Shown here one piece after another: positions 14,126 to 28,167 of a stretch of DNA of 64,000 nt. The position numbers and the translations under genes were made by a program. The DNA is taken from the NCBI RefSeq assembly GCF_009914755.1, contig NC_060941.1, one strand, 5' to 3'. Positions within the stretch are counted from its first letter, which is position 1; each line of letters opens with the position of its first letter. The notes under the pieces are model-generated. The model ran no database searches. It was given only the letters and a program-made list of their open reading frames with translations, and was not told the origin of the DNA. The DNA is from the human T2T-CHM13v2.0 reference genome, Homo sapiens.

Positions 14126-16550
14126 TGTTAAGATAAAACTTCTAAATTGAGTTTTCTTCCTTCTGGCTTGAGTTAACCAGTCCAGATTCACGTATCATGA
14201 CTGAAACTTCTTATCCAGCCAAATGCATCCCTTTCCCACCTTGCATACTTTCTAAACACACGATTTTTCCCTGCTAAACAGACACTTCTATGCTGTTTTT
14301 TACCCTTCTCAAGGGTGTTCTTTTTTTTTATTTTTCTTCCAGACCTAGCCTCTTCCCCTTTCTGGCTGCATATCTGAATCTGTCCTCATCTTTCAGACCT
14401 CAGTTTAAATTCCCCTTCTTAACCCAAGTTCTCTGTGACTGACTACAGCCCAAACAGATCAGTCATTTACTGAATTCCCCCTAGCTCTCATTTATTGTTT
14501 TTATGGTTCCTTACATAATTCATGTATGTATCTCACTCACACTTCTATTCTCTTAAGTAATTGTGTTTACTTTTCACATTTTCCTATACCTACTTCCTTG
14601 AACAAGATTATAAAGAACCTTGAAGAAGGCAGAAAGGAGAAAGAAAAATACTTATCTAGAGCATATTATGTGTTGTACTATCCCAGTTTTGCATACTTTA
14701 TTTCACAGAACCTTCAAATGACTTTATAAGGAAGGTAAAGGGATCCCTTATTTACAGATAAAGAGACAGTGTCAAATGAGTTAAGCAGTTTGCCTGATGT
14801 TATACCACTCGAAGTGACAGATTGGGAGTTTGTACCCAGGGCCACCTGATTCCAAAGCATACATTCTTTCTGCTACCCTTTATTGCCTCATGTTTTTATA
14901 TTTTGATTTCTTTGTAGTTAATGCCTTATATATTAGGAGCACAGTAAACATTTAACCTGTATTGGGCTTCTTGATTCCTTTCCATTTTAGTTTTTGCTTT
15001 TTACTAGTACTTCTACCAGAAAATAAGCAGAGGCAGTGAAATCTGAGTTAATAAATTCTGCTTTTTATCCATTTTGCAAAAGATTTAAAAGGGAAAATTT
15101 GAACACTTTTGGCATAGATATAGGGATTTGAATAATCTCTGGATGGTCATCATCCATGCAGTTCCTACCCATTATTCTTATAGATTACAAAAAAAGGCGG
15201 GGGGACTTCTTTAGAAAATGTTATTCTCTTCAGAATTTCATTTTAAAAATCTGTTTTAATGCTATGCAAAGCATCAGAAAATATAAGCCATGAATTGTCT
15301 TTAGCCAAAAATGTTTCCTCTTTTGTGACTTTGCTTAAAATAAGGAAACCATACGGTTCCTCTTTTCAGTTAGCTGAAAAAGGCATTAGAGAAGGACAGG
15401 GCCCAAACAGGAACATAATTTTAAACCCAGGTTAGTTTGTAAGATCAATTTTGATAGGCTCCTATCCTCTACTGTCAGTAGTAAGCTGGTGGAACCCTCC
15501 ATGTATGAGATTTTCACTTGTCAGTTAACGGTTATGGCAATATTAAAACCAAATTCCATTTTTTGCCTATCCTAACACTTTCTACCACTCTTCAGTTAGC
15601 TTTTTATCCTCCTAGGATCTGCCACATCAGAGTACTAGAAACTGTATTAGAATTCTATGATGGCAATTCAGTGTAGTCCAGAGAAGGAGAAGAAAGATTT
15701 AAAAGAGGAATAAATAGGGAATATGGTAGTGGAAAAAACTGACTTTTTTCCCAGCGGTAATGAGGCCAGCGTTACTACCAGTGTGGAAGGTTATTTAGCA
15801 TACACATTTTAAAATATGTAAGTGGTGTGTACCTGAAGTACCAACATTGTTTCTGTAGGTAAAGAACAATATTGGGCAGGGGAATAAAAAGGAGATTTAG
15901 AATAATATAAAAGGCAATGCAAAGAAATACAAAATAACACAAAAGAGAAAAAACAAAAACTCTAGGAAGCAGCAAACAGAAAAGAGGAAGGTCAATTGAC
16001 TAGAGAAGATACAGAAAAGAAGAAAAGTTAATAAACAGGTGAAAAAAAAAGCAGTGGTTATATAATTAGCAAGAAGGCAGTGTAGATGATTGAAGTAGGC
16101 AAAATGAAGTTGGGGGTGGGGGGAGATGATTGAAGTAGATGAAAGAAGCAACGGCAAAATGCTGCTCTGTTGTGGCTGGCCTGTGTTTGTGAGTGCAGGG
16201 AGACAGTAAAGAGGAGCTTGCTTTCTAAAATGGAGGACCAGAAGGAACCATCCTTTCAAATTCATTTACCTTTCATTTCAGGCTCTCCTGTCTGCTGTGA
16301 GTATCCTTACCATCCTCTCCCTTTTTTTTTCCCTGACACTATCCAGAAGCATACCTAGCAATTATTCCAAAGAACCCATGTACCCGTGTACGTTTTATAT
16401 AGAGTTTTCCAGAAATCCCTTAGTCTGCTGCTCAAGCAAATTTGTCAGCCCTCATATGCCGGTTTTTACTCATTATTATAGGCTGGCACTTTGAGGTTTA
16501 AATCTGTGATTTTGGTTCTTTTTCTTTGCTGAATATTTAGAATATTTTAA

Positions 16551-16937
<387 letters not shown>

Positions 16938-17910
16938 TAGACATGTTCTTATAAATATAATGCATAAGTACTTAAAGGGTCCAGCATTTAAAATTGATGC
17001 TGTTAAGTTGGATATGTTAGGAAGTATGCCATTATCTTTTAAAGAGAATCAAGATTTGGAGAGCATATCCTAGACAAAAGACAAGTATAGATAGCTGTAT
17101 CAATTACTTTGATATAATAAAAGTTGTGATGCAAATATAATAGATTAAAATTTAGCAGTAGTATTATCTCTAACTAGTGAAGTTTTGAAACCGTAAAAGA
17201 AAAAACCAGCCATTCTGCATCTTGAGGAAAAGTGGAAAGAGAAATTGACCTTCAACTACAATAGGAAGTATTTGATGACCATCTTGTATCATGATAGTGA
17301 CCATTTACTGAGCACCCACCAAAGGCTAAGCAGTATCCTATTTTAATTAGCTAGGTGGTGGTTTTTTCATCCTACAGATAAGGAAACTGAGACACCACGA
17401 TGTTGGGTAACTTGGCAGTATCACAGCTCTAAGTAGTGGCACTAATACAAAAATCATGCTAATCTTGTGCCAGAACCGTTTCTTTCTATCACATTTCACT
17501 GTATGTGCTATACTGCCTTTCATAGAAAAGTTATGAAATAGAAATGCTTTATGAAGGAAGGAGATGTGAGTTGGTGGGAATTACACGTAAATAACACTTG
17601 TAGGTAGTCTTAGATAAAGGGTAGGAAAGAAATACCTGAAAACCCATTTTAGTCCTGATTCTACGAAAACTATTATAAGAATTTGGAATGGTTTCTATAA
17701 AGTGTCATATTTAGTAAGTTTACTGAAAATTTTGTGGTGATTTTTTTTTTAAAGCTTGGACATTGAAAGGCATCAGATTTATGTTTCTCAATTCAAACTT
17801 AATCAGAATTAAAGTTTCCTTCTAAGTAGAATTATGTGGGAATTAGCTGGAAAACACAGGCACTACTAGTAAACTTTAGATTTGGGACTAACCCTTTAAA
17901 AACATGTATG

Positions 17911-18219
17911 GGACCAGGCGCAGTGGTTTCTGCCTGTAATCCCAGCACTTTGGGAGGCCGAGGTGGGCCAATCACTTGAGGTCAGGAGTTCAAGACCAGC
18001 CTGACCAACATGGTGAAACCCCGTTTCTACTAAAAATACAAAAAATTAGCCAGGCGTGGTGGTGGGTGCCTGTAATCCCAGCTACTCAGGAGGCTGAGGC
18101 AGAAGAATCTCTTGACCCTGGGAGGCGGAGGTTGCAGTGAGCCTGTGAGCCAAGATGGTGCCGCTGCACACCAGCCTGGGTGACAGAGGGAGACTCCATC
18201 TCAAAAAAAAAAAAAAAAA
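17911..18219 (+). mobile_element. AluS
   Basis: Full dimer with poly(A). Confidence 0.95.
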
Positions 18220-19048
18220 GTATGGGATTCTATGACAAAAACACACCATAAGGATTGATGGGAAATTTTTTAATTTTATGAAATATGACAGTGAAAAAAA
18301 TTTAATATAATTTTATGACTTTATGCATAATGAAATAAACTAAATATTAGAAGTAGAAAAATATATAGACAAGCCTAATCTGAAAAAGAGATAAATATCT
18401 TTATTTTCTGACTTCCACAGTAATTACTTAGAAGAAATCCTTCTAAGAGAAAGTCATGAATATTTATTAAGTGTTGAAATGGGATATCACCCACTATGAA
18501 CATATTATTCCCTGAAATTACAAGTCTATGTAAAATACTCTTTGCAGTTTTTAATTTGCCCATTTTACCCACAGCAAGCATCTTTTATGCATATTAACAA
18601 TTTTCTATTGTTTATTCTATAGGTTTCTTCTATCTTATACTATGTTCTAAAGTCTCAGATAATGTGACATAAACACGTAGATGATATTAATATACGCATG
18701 CATGTTTGATTATTGACTAACATTTTTGGCTTAGTAAGCTTTTAAAATGAGCCATAATGTTTTCATGTCATCATTATTAAATATAAAATCTATATGTAAA
18801 AAATAAAGCATGTATAATAATAATAGTCAAATACCACATCTGATTTCTTTTTCTTTCTAAATTAAGTGAAGGTGACCATTCTTACTATGCAGACTAAAGG
18901 GGATACAAAAATTTTAATTTATGCATTATATTATGTACAGGAAAATTCTATAAAAAGTACATTAGAACTTTTAACAATTAATATTTTGGAGGTTATAAAT
19001 TCAGTCATAGCCTGTGGAATCTAGTTCTATTTCTAACCCTTAGCTTTA

Positions 19049-19438
<390 letters not shown>

Positions 19439-19655
19439 TTAAATAAACTTAAAAGGTCTTATACAAACCTAGGTGAAAATATTTTTCTAAGGCAAGCTGA
19501 ACTGAGTATTTTTTAATTCTATGCAACAAAACCACAAAAACCTGTTATAGACATCTTTAGACTATCAGAGTTTAAGTTTAAAACACTAATGACAGTTTTT
19601 AAAATAAATTTTATATAAAGCAAGATCAAACCAAATTGTGTGAAAATTTTCTTAC

Positions 19656-19790
19656 CTCAGCTGTTAACTTCTTTTGCAGAATGCTAAATTCTTGTTCTAA
19701 CTGGACATTTTGGTGATTTGGCTAAGAAAGGAAAATGGGTGGTTCAATTCAGATTTAAAATGTTCCTCTAGCAAACTGAAATAGTTTCTG
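19656..19790 (-). other. EVI2B: EVI2B non-coding exon 1 (5' end approximate)
   Basis: Strong donor CTGAG|GTAAGA at 19656/19655, just downstream of a haematopoietic TF motif cluster. Confidence 0.75.
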
Positions 19791-19795
19791 TAGAA

Positions 19796-19845
19796 AAAGA
19801 GGAAGTTTATCAATAGCTGGTTCCGGAAGTGCAATAAACCACAAA
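19796..19845. promoter_or_regulatory. EVI2B myeloid promoter module
   Basis: PU.1 AAAGAGGAAGT (19796-19806), ETS CCGGAAGT (19823-19830) fused to C/EBP half-site GCAAT (19831-19835), RUNX AACCACA (19837-19843). Confidence 0.7.
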
Positions 19846-20295
19846 GTGACTAAGAAATATATTACTTTAACAGAACTTATTTTGAAATACATTTTGGAGC
19901 CCTATGATTTGAGTGCTTTTAATTATGTAAATAAATATTTGAGATACTCTAGTAATATGATTATGTAAATTAAATATTTAGGATGGAGTCCCGAAGAGAA
20001 AATTACATGTTCTAAGAAGAAAAGCTGCCAGTTGGGTTATCACTTACAGTGAGATTTCTTCTCATAAGAAGTGAGTGATGTGTTCTGTTTACTTGTATGA
20101 CCTTAGGCAAGACTCTGCACTTCTGAGTCACCGTTTCCTCCTCTAAAGGAATATTTTATTGGGTTATTGTGAGGATTAAATAAGATAGCATAATATAACA
20201 TGTATAAATGCCTCACCAACTGCAGGTAACCAATAAATGTAATGTTATTTCCTCATAATATAAAAAGTCCAGGGTAAAAGTATAATTACATTATT

Positions 20296-20770
20296 TTGCA
20301 AATGACAGGATCTCATTCTTTTTTATGGCTGAATAATACTCCATTGTGTATATGTACCATATTTTCTTTATCCATTCATCTGTTTATAGACACTTAGGTT
20401 GCTTCCAAATCTTGGCTGTTGTGAATAGTGTTACAACAAAAGTGGGAGTGCAGATGTCTCTTTGTACAGTTTTCCTTTCTGTTGGGTATATACCTAGCAG
20501 TGGGATTGCTGGATCATATGATAGCTCTATTTTTAGTTTTTTGAGGAACCACCAAACTGTTCTCCATAGTGGTTTTACTGATTTACATTCCCAATAACAG
20601 CGTACGAGAGTTCCATTTTCTCCACACCCTTCCCAGCACTTGTTATTGCCTGTCTTTTGAGTATAAGCCATTTTAACTGGGGTGAGATGAGGTATCATTG
20701 TAGTTTTGATTTGCATTTCTCTCATCAGTGGTGCTGAGTACCCTTTCGTATGCCTGTTTGCCATTTGTAT
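20296..20770 (-). mobile_element. L1 (L1MA-like) ORF2 C-terminal / 3'UTR fragment
   Basis: ORF 20384-20824 has L1 ORF2p C-terminal motifs ([43 protein letters not shown]). Confidence 0.9.
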
Positions 20771-20921
20771 ATTTGTAATTAAATTATTTTGACCAAATAT
20801 TTTACTAGTGACTTTTGAGTTCAAGTTCTCAACTATTTATTTGATTACCCACAAAGTAGTTACTTCTCAGTGGAAAATAAAATAAATTGGGGATCATTTT
20901 TTAAATAAGAAGTTAACTAAA

Positions 20922-21247
20922 GTTAACTTGTTACTAAAGGGTAATGAGGGGTTGGGGAGATGGTGTTACCAGTTAATAGGTACAAAAAACAATAGAAAGA
21001 ATGAATAAGACCTATTTGATAGCACAACAGAGTGACTGTCATTAATACCATAATTATACATTTTAAAATAACTAAAAGTGTAATTGGACCCTTTGTAACA
21101 CAAAGGATAAGTGCTTGAAGGGATGGATACCCCATTCTCCATGATGTGATTATTTCACGTTGCGTGACTGTATCAAAACATCTCATTACCCTTTAAATAT
21201 ATACACCTACTATGTACCCACAAAAATTTAAAATACAAAAAATTTTT
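20922..21247 (+). mobile_element. L1MA 3' end
   Basis: L1MA 3'UTR (ggatggataccccattctccatgatgtgattatt...tatgtacccacaaaaattt); TSD aagttaactaaa at 20910-20921 and 21248-21259. Confidence 0.85.
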
Positions 21248-21624
21248 AAGTTAACTAAACAAAGTGTATTGAAAGGAGTGAGTCCATCTGAATAAAAATT
21301 TCTTTGAGTAAGTCACCTTTCCTCTCTTGAAAAATGGAGATCATAATTCCTAATTTATAAGCTTATTGTGGAATTAAATAAATGTAAAGTGCCTTGGATG
21401 ATGCATATTATAGTAGGTACGGAATGTGTTAACCCATGCACTGCTTTTTCCTGGTCACTGCGGGAAACACAGGTTATTATGACCTTGTTCTTAACTTCAG
21501 GGTACTTATAGCTTGGTGCAAAAAGAATAGTTTTTTTTTATGGGCTCCTACTATAAAGCATAATATAATCAAATGCTATAAAGCTTTTGATTCACTGGTT
21601 TTTGGAAGTATTGTTGTTTTTACG

Positions 21625-21855
21625 GACAGGGTATTGCTGTGTTGCGCAGGCTGGTCTTGAACTCCTGACCTCAAGCAATCCTCCTGCCTCAGCCTCTCGA
21701 GTAGCTAGGACTACAGGCACATGCTACTATGCTCGCTGGCTGGCTTATTTATTTATTGTAAAGATGAGGCTCTTACTTTGTTGTGCAGGCTGGCCTCAAA
21801 CTCCTGGCCTCAGGTGATCCTCCCAGGATTATAGGTGTAAGCCACTGTGCCTAAC
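21625..21855 (-). mobile_element. Degenerate Alu/FLAM monomers
   Basis: caggctggtcttgaactcctgacctcaagc and a second similar monomer. Confidence 0.75.
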
Positions 21856-22589
21856 CTGATTCACTATTTTTAAATCCCTGAATTAAGCTGGTGAACTGTA
21901 ATACCCAGGGGTAGGGAATGTGTTTTTGTTCAAAACTAAATGACTTTTAAATTTTGAACTCAAAGATATCTTACCTACCATTTTAAAATACCTGTCATTT
22001 GGAAAGGAAACACTTCTGTTTGTTCAGTAACTATCATTGGATAGTACCATTCTGAGAGTATATGTTTAATAGCCAAGATAGTGAGTGGTGAATTTTAAAT
22101 ATTCTTTTAAATATCCTTGTGGTAGAAGCTCTCTGGTGAGAAAATGTTTGACCAGTATGTTGAATATGAAAGTAATTTCCTATTTTTATGATGATATTAA
22201 TTTCTTTTAATTTTCTCTGACAAGTGTTTATTTATGACCCTTGATTCAAGGAGTGCTTTGTGTTACTCCTGGATGTACTGGTGCACAATCTCAAATTTTC
22301 AATTTTTGCACAGAATGGGAAGTCTGCCCAGTTTCATTTCTAATCTGGGTTATTTTTCCCCTCAAAAGATAACCTGATTTCAGTCACCATGACTGGCATG
22401 AATATTCTCATGCTTTCCTTTTTACTTTGTTAACACTTAACTTTATCTGGAATAATATTGTTATGATTTCTCGTTTAGAGAATAGATTTGTTTTTTACAA
22501 ATTGCTAATAAATTGATAATAAAAATGATGCTTTATTTTTTTCCTCTCATTTTAATAATAGCTAGACGTTTGAATTTGATGACCAAGAG

Positions 22590-22747
22590 CAGTTATCACC
22601 TTGAGAGTTACGTAAAAATTACCAATGCTTAGAGTTCACCCCATTCCAGTTGCATCAGAAGGAAGACATGGGAATTAGGCATTGGTGTTTTTTAAAAACT
22701 CTTCAGGTGATTCTGACATGCAGCCAGGGTAAGAATCACTAGCTTAG
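22590..22747. mobile_element. MER5-like hAT DNA transposon fossil
   Basis: ...ctcttcaggtgattctgacatgcagccagggtaagaatcactagcttag. Confidence 0.6.
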
Positions 22748-23044
22748 AAGGGAGAGTAAGATTGTAGTCATACTTGGGAAAAAACATATAAAAAATATTT
22801 TTAAAATGGTTACTATATTGCCCGAAATAAATGCCCAGTAAGGGATGAGATTTTTGAAATGTGGCCTGATCTTAGCCCTGTGTTAATTTCAGTAGATATT
22901 TGGAAAGTCTCTCAAACCAATTTTTGTAATATATTTAATTGAAGATGGGGGGGTTCTCAACTTAAATGTAAGTCATTATTTTACTTGAAGCCAGTTTCTT
23001 TAAAGGTTAAATTATAACCTGAAGTATGCAGTTTTCCAGATTTG

Positions 23045-23045
<1 letters not shown>

Positions 23046-23079
<34 letters not shown>
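23046..23079. repeat. (AC)17 microsatellite
   Basis: Read directly. Confidence 0.95.
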
Positions 23080-23081
<2 letters not shown>

Positions 23082-23977
23082 CTAATAAATCATTAGGCTA
23101 CTTGGCATCCTTGAAGTCCAAAAATTAATCAACCTTTGGTACTTGTTGTTAATGTTCCAGTAAGTAGTATTTATAGAAAAGATGAATATTATTAATCATA
23201 AACAGTGAAACATACTTTGCGTTTACACTTAGCCTATTGGTGTGGCTATAAATCTTATTTATTTTAGTTGTGCTCTATTTCTTATTGATCTTTACAATGT
23301 GTTCTCTAAAGTAATAAAGTGAATGCAAATATACGTGGTCACAGGTTTATTCTGAGTTTTAATTTATTATACAAAAGTAAAGGTTTTAATTTAATATTAA
23401 TAGTAGAAAAACACTTTCTTACGTGTGCCATATGGAAAGATAAAGGATCTATTCTAAAATTAGCTGTGTTGGTTGATAAGCTGGTGTGGATTCTGCCACA
23501 TCCAGCAAAGAAGATACCATTAAATTACACAGTTTAGCTCTCTCTATCTATGCATTAGGAATTTGACTTCCATTTGATGTTAAAGCATATACTTGGCTTT
23601 AAGGACACACTAAAACTATTCAAAGTTTAATTACATTCAGACAAAGATCATCTAACCACTGTTGCTACATAGGGAATATTTATTTAATTATCCCTTGCTA
23701 TCTCTATTAATCAGTTTCCTCAATTTATCCTTAAAATTTTCCTCAAATGCTTAGTTATTTTATTATTTGCTTTTTAAAATATTCAGTGTCAAAACAAAAG
23801 TACACAGTTTAAATAATTAAGCAGGCATACTTCTCCCTGTCTCACCTGCTTGATTCTAAATTGCAAGGTCTACCATGTCAAATTTTAGATAATCAGAACA
23901 ACACTTTGGGATTAAATACCAACTGACTTCATTTTTACTCCATAAGCCTTCTCATTGCTACTTTGCATTTTTCTTCA

Positions 23978-24688
23978 CTAACCTATCTGTTTGTTAGTAA
24001 GTTTTTCAGTTCCTTCTTCATCTTTTCTTTCCCTTGTAGCTGTGAGCACTCCAGTAGATTGCATCACTAGGTTGGGTCCTGTGAGCTGTTTTGTTCTTTT
24101 CCAAGTGTCTGATTCAGCGGGCCATAGACCGCTTGCCAGAAAATCGCCATTGCTTCTAGGCTGACGCTTGCCTACTTGTTTTGATCGTCTGAGAGAAGAG
24201 ACTTTGTTTGCCAAAACCACAGTTGATAGAAATAGAAAGGTACAGATAAGAAAAAGCACTGCAATTATAATTAAGCAAATTAGCATAGCCATGTTGTTGT
24301 TGTTTTCCGCACAGACATCCTTTTTGAAAATTTCACCATGACTTTTGCTTGTGTTTTCAATGCTCTGTACTGTTGAAGGACTGTTGCTGACGACAGAAGG
24401 TATATAAAGCTCCTGTTCAGATTTAGAAGTTAAAGCTACGATGTGAGATGTTTCAGGCATGTTTGTAGAATTACCTTTATAATCTACTTCAGGAGTTATA
24501 GGGTTTGTGTTAATGTTTTCATTTTGGTTTCTGCCTGTCTTGTTTTGAATAACTGAATCCCAGGAAGAAGTACTGTTAGCCCACAGACGGGTATAGTTTG
24601 CTTTTGTTCCAGGAGACAAAGAAAAAACTGTTGTCATCAGAAAGGCAAGATGTAGGTAATGTCCTGTGTGTTCCATGTCCGTGGGCAT
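23978..24688 (-). CDS. EVI2A: EVI2A, 236-aa type I membrane glycoprotein
   Basis: MPTDMEHTGHYLHLAFLM...; many N-x-S/T sites, long hydrophobic TM. ATG at 24688-24686; acceptor ccaacag| gives exon start 24698. Confidence 0.97.
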   Translation of the reverse strand: MPTDMEHTGHYLHLAFLMTTVFSLSPGTKANYTRLWANSTSSWDSVIQNKTGRNQNENINTNPITPEVDYKGNSTNMPETSHIVALTSKSEQELYIPSVVSNSPSTVQSIENTSKSHGEIFKKDVCAENNNNMAMLICLIIIAVLFLICTFLFLSTVVLANKVSSLRRSKQVGKRQPRSNGDFLASGLWPAESDTWKRTKQLTGPNLVMQSTGVLTATRERKDEEGTEKLTNKQIG

Positions 24689-26047
24689 ACTTGGCAATCT
24701 GTTGGGATAGCAATATAATTTGTTAGTTTGTGAAAGAATAATGGATCCTAGTTTTGGTAATTGTAGTTAAAAGATAGTGTTGAGATGTTACAAGTAAACT
24801 ACAAGCTTATGCCTAATATTCGCTACCCTGAATTCCTTCTCAACTAAATTTCTTTTCTATTCAGCTATGTATGAAGAAGCATTTTAATTTCTATTAACAC
24901 TTTTAGATGCTAGAAGTTAGCATTACAAATAAATATTAATCATTTTAAGTGGACTATCATGGCTTTATATAGTTTTCTTCCTTTGAAGCGTGCTAGACTT
25001 CTGCTTTGAGTCAGTTAGTTCTGCTTTTACTTTTCTGATTCCTTCTTTAAAAAAAAAAAAAAATTAAGGATCATTCTTACAGAAACTACCCACCCTCTAA
25101 CCTGTCACCAATCTTTACAGAAGAAATGTGGCCTTGAGCTTCTTGCTTCATGTATGAAATAAATGCAAATTTTTTTGGTGGAAAGAGGGGAAGTTTGGTA
25201 GCAACCAAAAGAAACTGAACTTCAAATAGAAATTCAAGGTGTTCTTTTTTTTTCTTGGGTGTTCATCTTGAAGCTTAGAATAAAGCTGGTACTTAGAAAT
25301 ACATTTGTAAGTGTATTTGTGAACGCAATTTTACTGTGGTGGTTGTCTCTTTTCATTTATATTTCCCTGGACTGACTGTGTCTTTCTGAAGGCAAAGGCA
25401 TACCAGTTTTCTCAACCTAAAAATCTGAAGAAAAAAAAAAAAAACAGCAAATTTCCTCTGAGTAGACTTAAAAGTTCAACAAAAGTTGCTGGGTTTTCTT
25501 TTAAAGCATCATTTATACCTAGCATTTTTTCTGATTTTGACATAATTGTAAAAAAAAATGTGTAATAAAATAGAAATAGAGCATCAGGATCTTGATGATT
25601 TGGGATGAAGTGGCAGGTTATAAGCATCTCAACAGATAATTGAAAATGTTGAATTTCCACTTTGGCCCTGAGCTTGCTGGAAACTAGTACAAAAAGGAGA
25701 CAAGTTATATTATACATTTTTTAAATCTACCAAATGATTGATTTAAATAGAAATGGCATATCTTAGAATTTAACAGTTCCATGTACTGCTAACCCAGCAG
25801 GAAAGATTTATAATCATTATTAAGGTATCTTATAATAATATACCAGTTTGTCTTGAGCTACTTTTGAAAGGAGTATTTTATTGTTAGCATTTATTTGAAT
25901 GAACTAAAAGCAAAACTATATTGTTCTCCTGAGATTTACTAAATGAAATTGCCTGGTTAAGAACCCTACGTATGCTATAGAAATTCTTCTCAAATGTACT
26001 TAGGAGTCCTTTTATTTTAAAAAAAAAAAAAAAAGGCAGATTCTTAC

Positions 26048-26106
26048 CTAGCTAGTATAGGTAGGGCCTGAAAGTCTTTGTTTCCAAACCAACTCCTAAG
26101 CAACAT
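26048..26106 (-). CDS. EVI2A: EVI2A alternative upstream coding exon (MLLRSWFGNKDFQALPILA-R), giving a 259-aa isoform
   Basis: ATG at 26106, donor CTAG|GTAAGA at 26048/26047. Splices in frame to 24698 (AG|A TTG CCA AGT ATG). Likely acceptor ttttaatag| at 26188. Confidence 0.8.
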
Positions 26107-27169
26107 GGATGCCACTGCTAGTCAGGCTTTTGAACATCAAGGTTTTATAAGAAATGGTTGTTATATGTCATTGGCTGACATTTGTATACTATTAAAATAC
26201 AGAAATTGAAAATAAGAAATGTGATACGTTGAGTTATGCAAACAAAAGTAGCATGTAATAAACAATGCTAACTGGAGACTATATTTCATATTAATAGTAG
26301 GGAGGAAAAACTATTAAATATTCCAGGATTAAGATTACTTTTTAGATTATGACCTTTAGTAGAAAATTAAAGGCCCAAGTCACTGGCTTTTGTATAATAG
26401 TGTTCAGCTTTAATTTTTAAGTTTAGTGACATAAATCTTTGGATATTTCATGATTCTTTCACAAAAAGAAATACTTGAAATTGGATTAGCAAGTAATTTC
26501 CATCTTTTTATACTAGACTGGACTTCTGTATTAGATGCTAGAATGATTTAAAGTAGATTATTCTGTTCACATTAGTTCATTAACAGTGTAGTATACATCA
26601 TAGTATTGGTACACATTTTAACAGTGCTTACCACGGAACAGATAATAGGCCTGCTGTTGATTGTCTTCAGCCAGATGTACTGCAGTGCCCAAATAAACAA
26701 ACTGTATGACAAAATGAGACTTTCTCTTGCCCTTACAAATGCCTGAGAATTGAGGACTGTTTTTACTCCAGTTTATGCCTTGGAGGCCAGGTTGTGTTAT
26801 CAAAAGTTTTCTTATATCTGATCATTTTCAGTAGAATTTATTTTCAGTAGAATTTGTAATGTCCAAGCATTAGTAATGAGAAATTTATTTTTTAACTTTT
26901 GAAAAATAACAAAACATTTCCAGTTTACTTGAGGAAACCAAACTTAGATCCTTCGTAATCCTAATTTAAAACTCCATGGCGATGGCAAATTTTTTCATTT
27001 CTAACTTAAAATTTATGTAACAGGACAGAAAAAAAAAGTATACATTTTCAGTCACAATTCTAGTTTGTTAGTGAGATTCTTACACACTTTGATAGCATTT
27101 CCTCGAACACTAATCTGTCAGACGTTAGAAGTGAAAAGGCATAAGAAAAGCCGTATATATATGACCTAC

Positions 27170-27300
27170 CTTACAAAATGCTTGGTCAAAATCTGATTAT
27201 AACGTGATTTTGATAAACCACTTCTTTTCTTGTCTTCTTTTTAAAGCAGAATAGACTTGGAGAATATGAGCCTTAAAGTAAATCTGCAGTAAAAAAGGAT
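27170..27300 (-). other. EVI2A: EVI2A non-coding exon 1 (5' end approximate)
   Basis: Donor AAG|GTAGGT at 27170/27169; promoter motifs immediately upstream. Confidence 0.65.
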
Positions 27301-27309
27301 ATGTGCAGC

Positions 27310-27495
27310 TAGTTTTCCACTTTTAAAACCAAACCACAGATGACACATTTCCTTTCCACTGCAACTAAAGCACATGTCACAGGAGGGGAAAAAAAAAAAC
27401 AACGAAAAAGCTCCAACTTCTCTAGTTGGCCACTGGCATGACAGGAGGCTTTGTAGAACCAATCCCCGCCTCCAGAGCAGGGAGGGTTTTCCACT
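27310..27495. promoter_or_regulatory. Putative EVI2A promoter
   Basis: RUNX AACCACA (27332-27338), CCAAT (27459-27463) abutting GC box CCCCGCC (27464-27470), kB/NFAT-like GGGTTTTCC (27484-27492). Confidence 0.55.
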
Positions 27496-27768
27496 TAATG
27501 CCTTTTGACAGTATGCTCATTCTATAGGCCTGCTACATGCTTTAGTGTCATTCAAAAGAGGTTTTGAAATGGTATCTTCCATTTCAAATCTTCTCTAAAA
27601 GACTTATTTGAAATCTACAGACTGATTTGAAAATGTGAGTTTGGAGTCCATGGGATACTGATCAGATAATGTAACAATTGTGGAACTGCAGCAATTATTT
27701 GAGAAAATATCTAGTAAACTTAGATTATATGGGACAGAAAATGCTTTCGTGTGGTGTAGTGTGTGTAT

Positions 27769-27795
27769 ACACACACACACACACACACACACACA
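27769..27795. repeat. (AC)13 microsatellite
   Basis: Read directly. Confidence 0.9.
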
Positions 27796-27862
27796 ACTGT
27801 CAAACATCCTGTCATCACCTCAAGTTTAACATGACTGAAACAGACTTTAAGAACTAGGTATG

Positions 27863-28167
27863 GGCTGAACGCGGTGGCTCACACCTGTAATCCCAGCACG
27901 TTGGGAGGGTTGACGCAGGCAGATCACTTGAGGCCAGGAGTTCAAGACCAGCCTGGCCAACATAGAGAAAACCTGTCTCTACTAAAAATATAAAAATTAA
28001 CCAGGCAGGGTAGCATGCACCTGTAGTCCCACCTACTTGGGAGGCTGAGACAGGAGAATAGCTTGAACCCGGGACGTGGAGGCTGCAGAGATCATGAGAT
28101 CTTGGCTGCATGAGCTAAGATCATGCCACTGCACTCCAGCCAGGAAGACAGAGTAAGACTCTGTCTC

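Noticed and set aside
20384-20824. 146-aa ORF
   Set aside because: Remnant of L1 ORF2p C-terminus
20296-21247. Inverted L1 fragment next to a forward L1 3' end, resembling a twin-primed 5' inversion
   Set aside because: About 150 nt of non-L1 sequence separates them and the forward piece has its own 12-bp TSD, so two independent insertions are more likely
26966-26986. Near-perfect Kozak GCCATCGCCATGG on the minus strand in the EVI2A intron
   Set aside because: Opens only M-E-F-stop, and no supporting splice sites could be established
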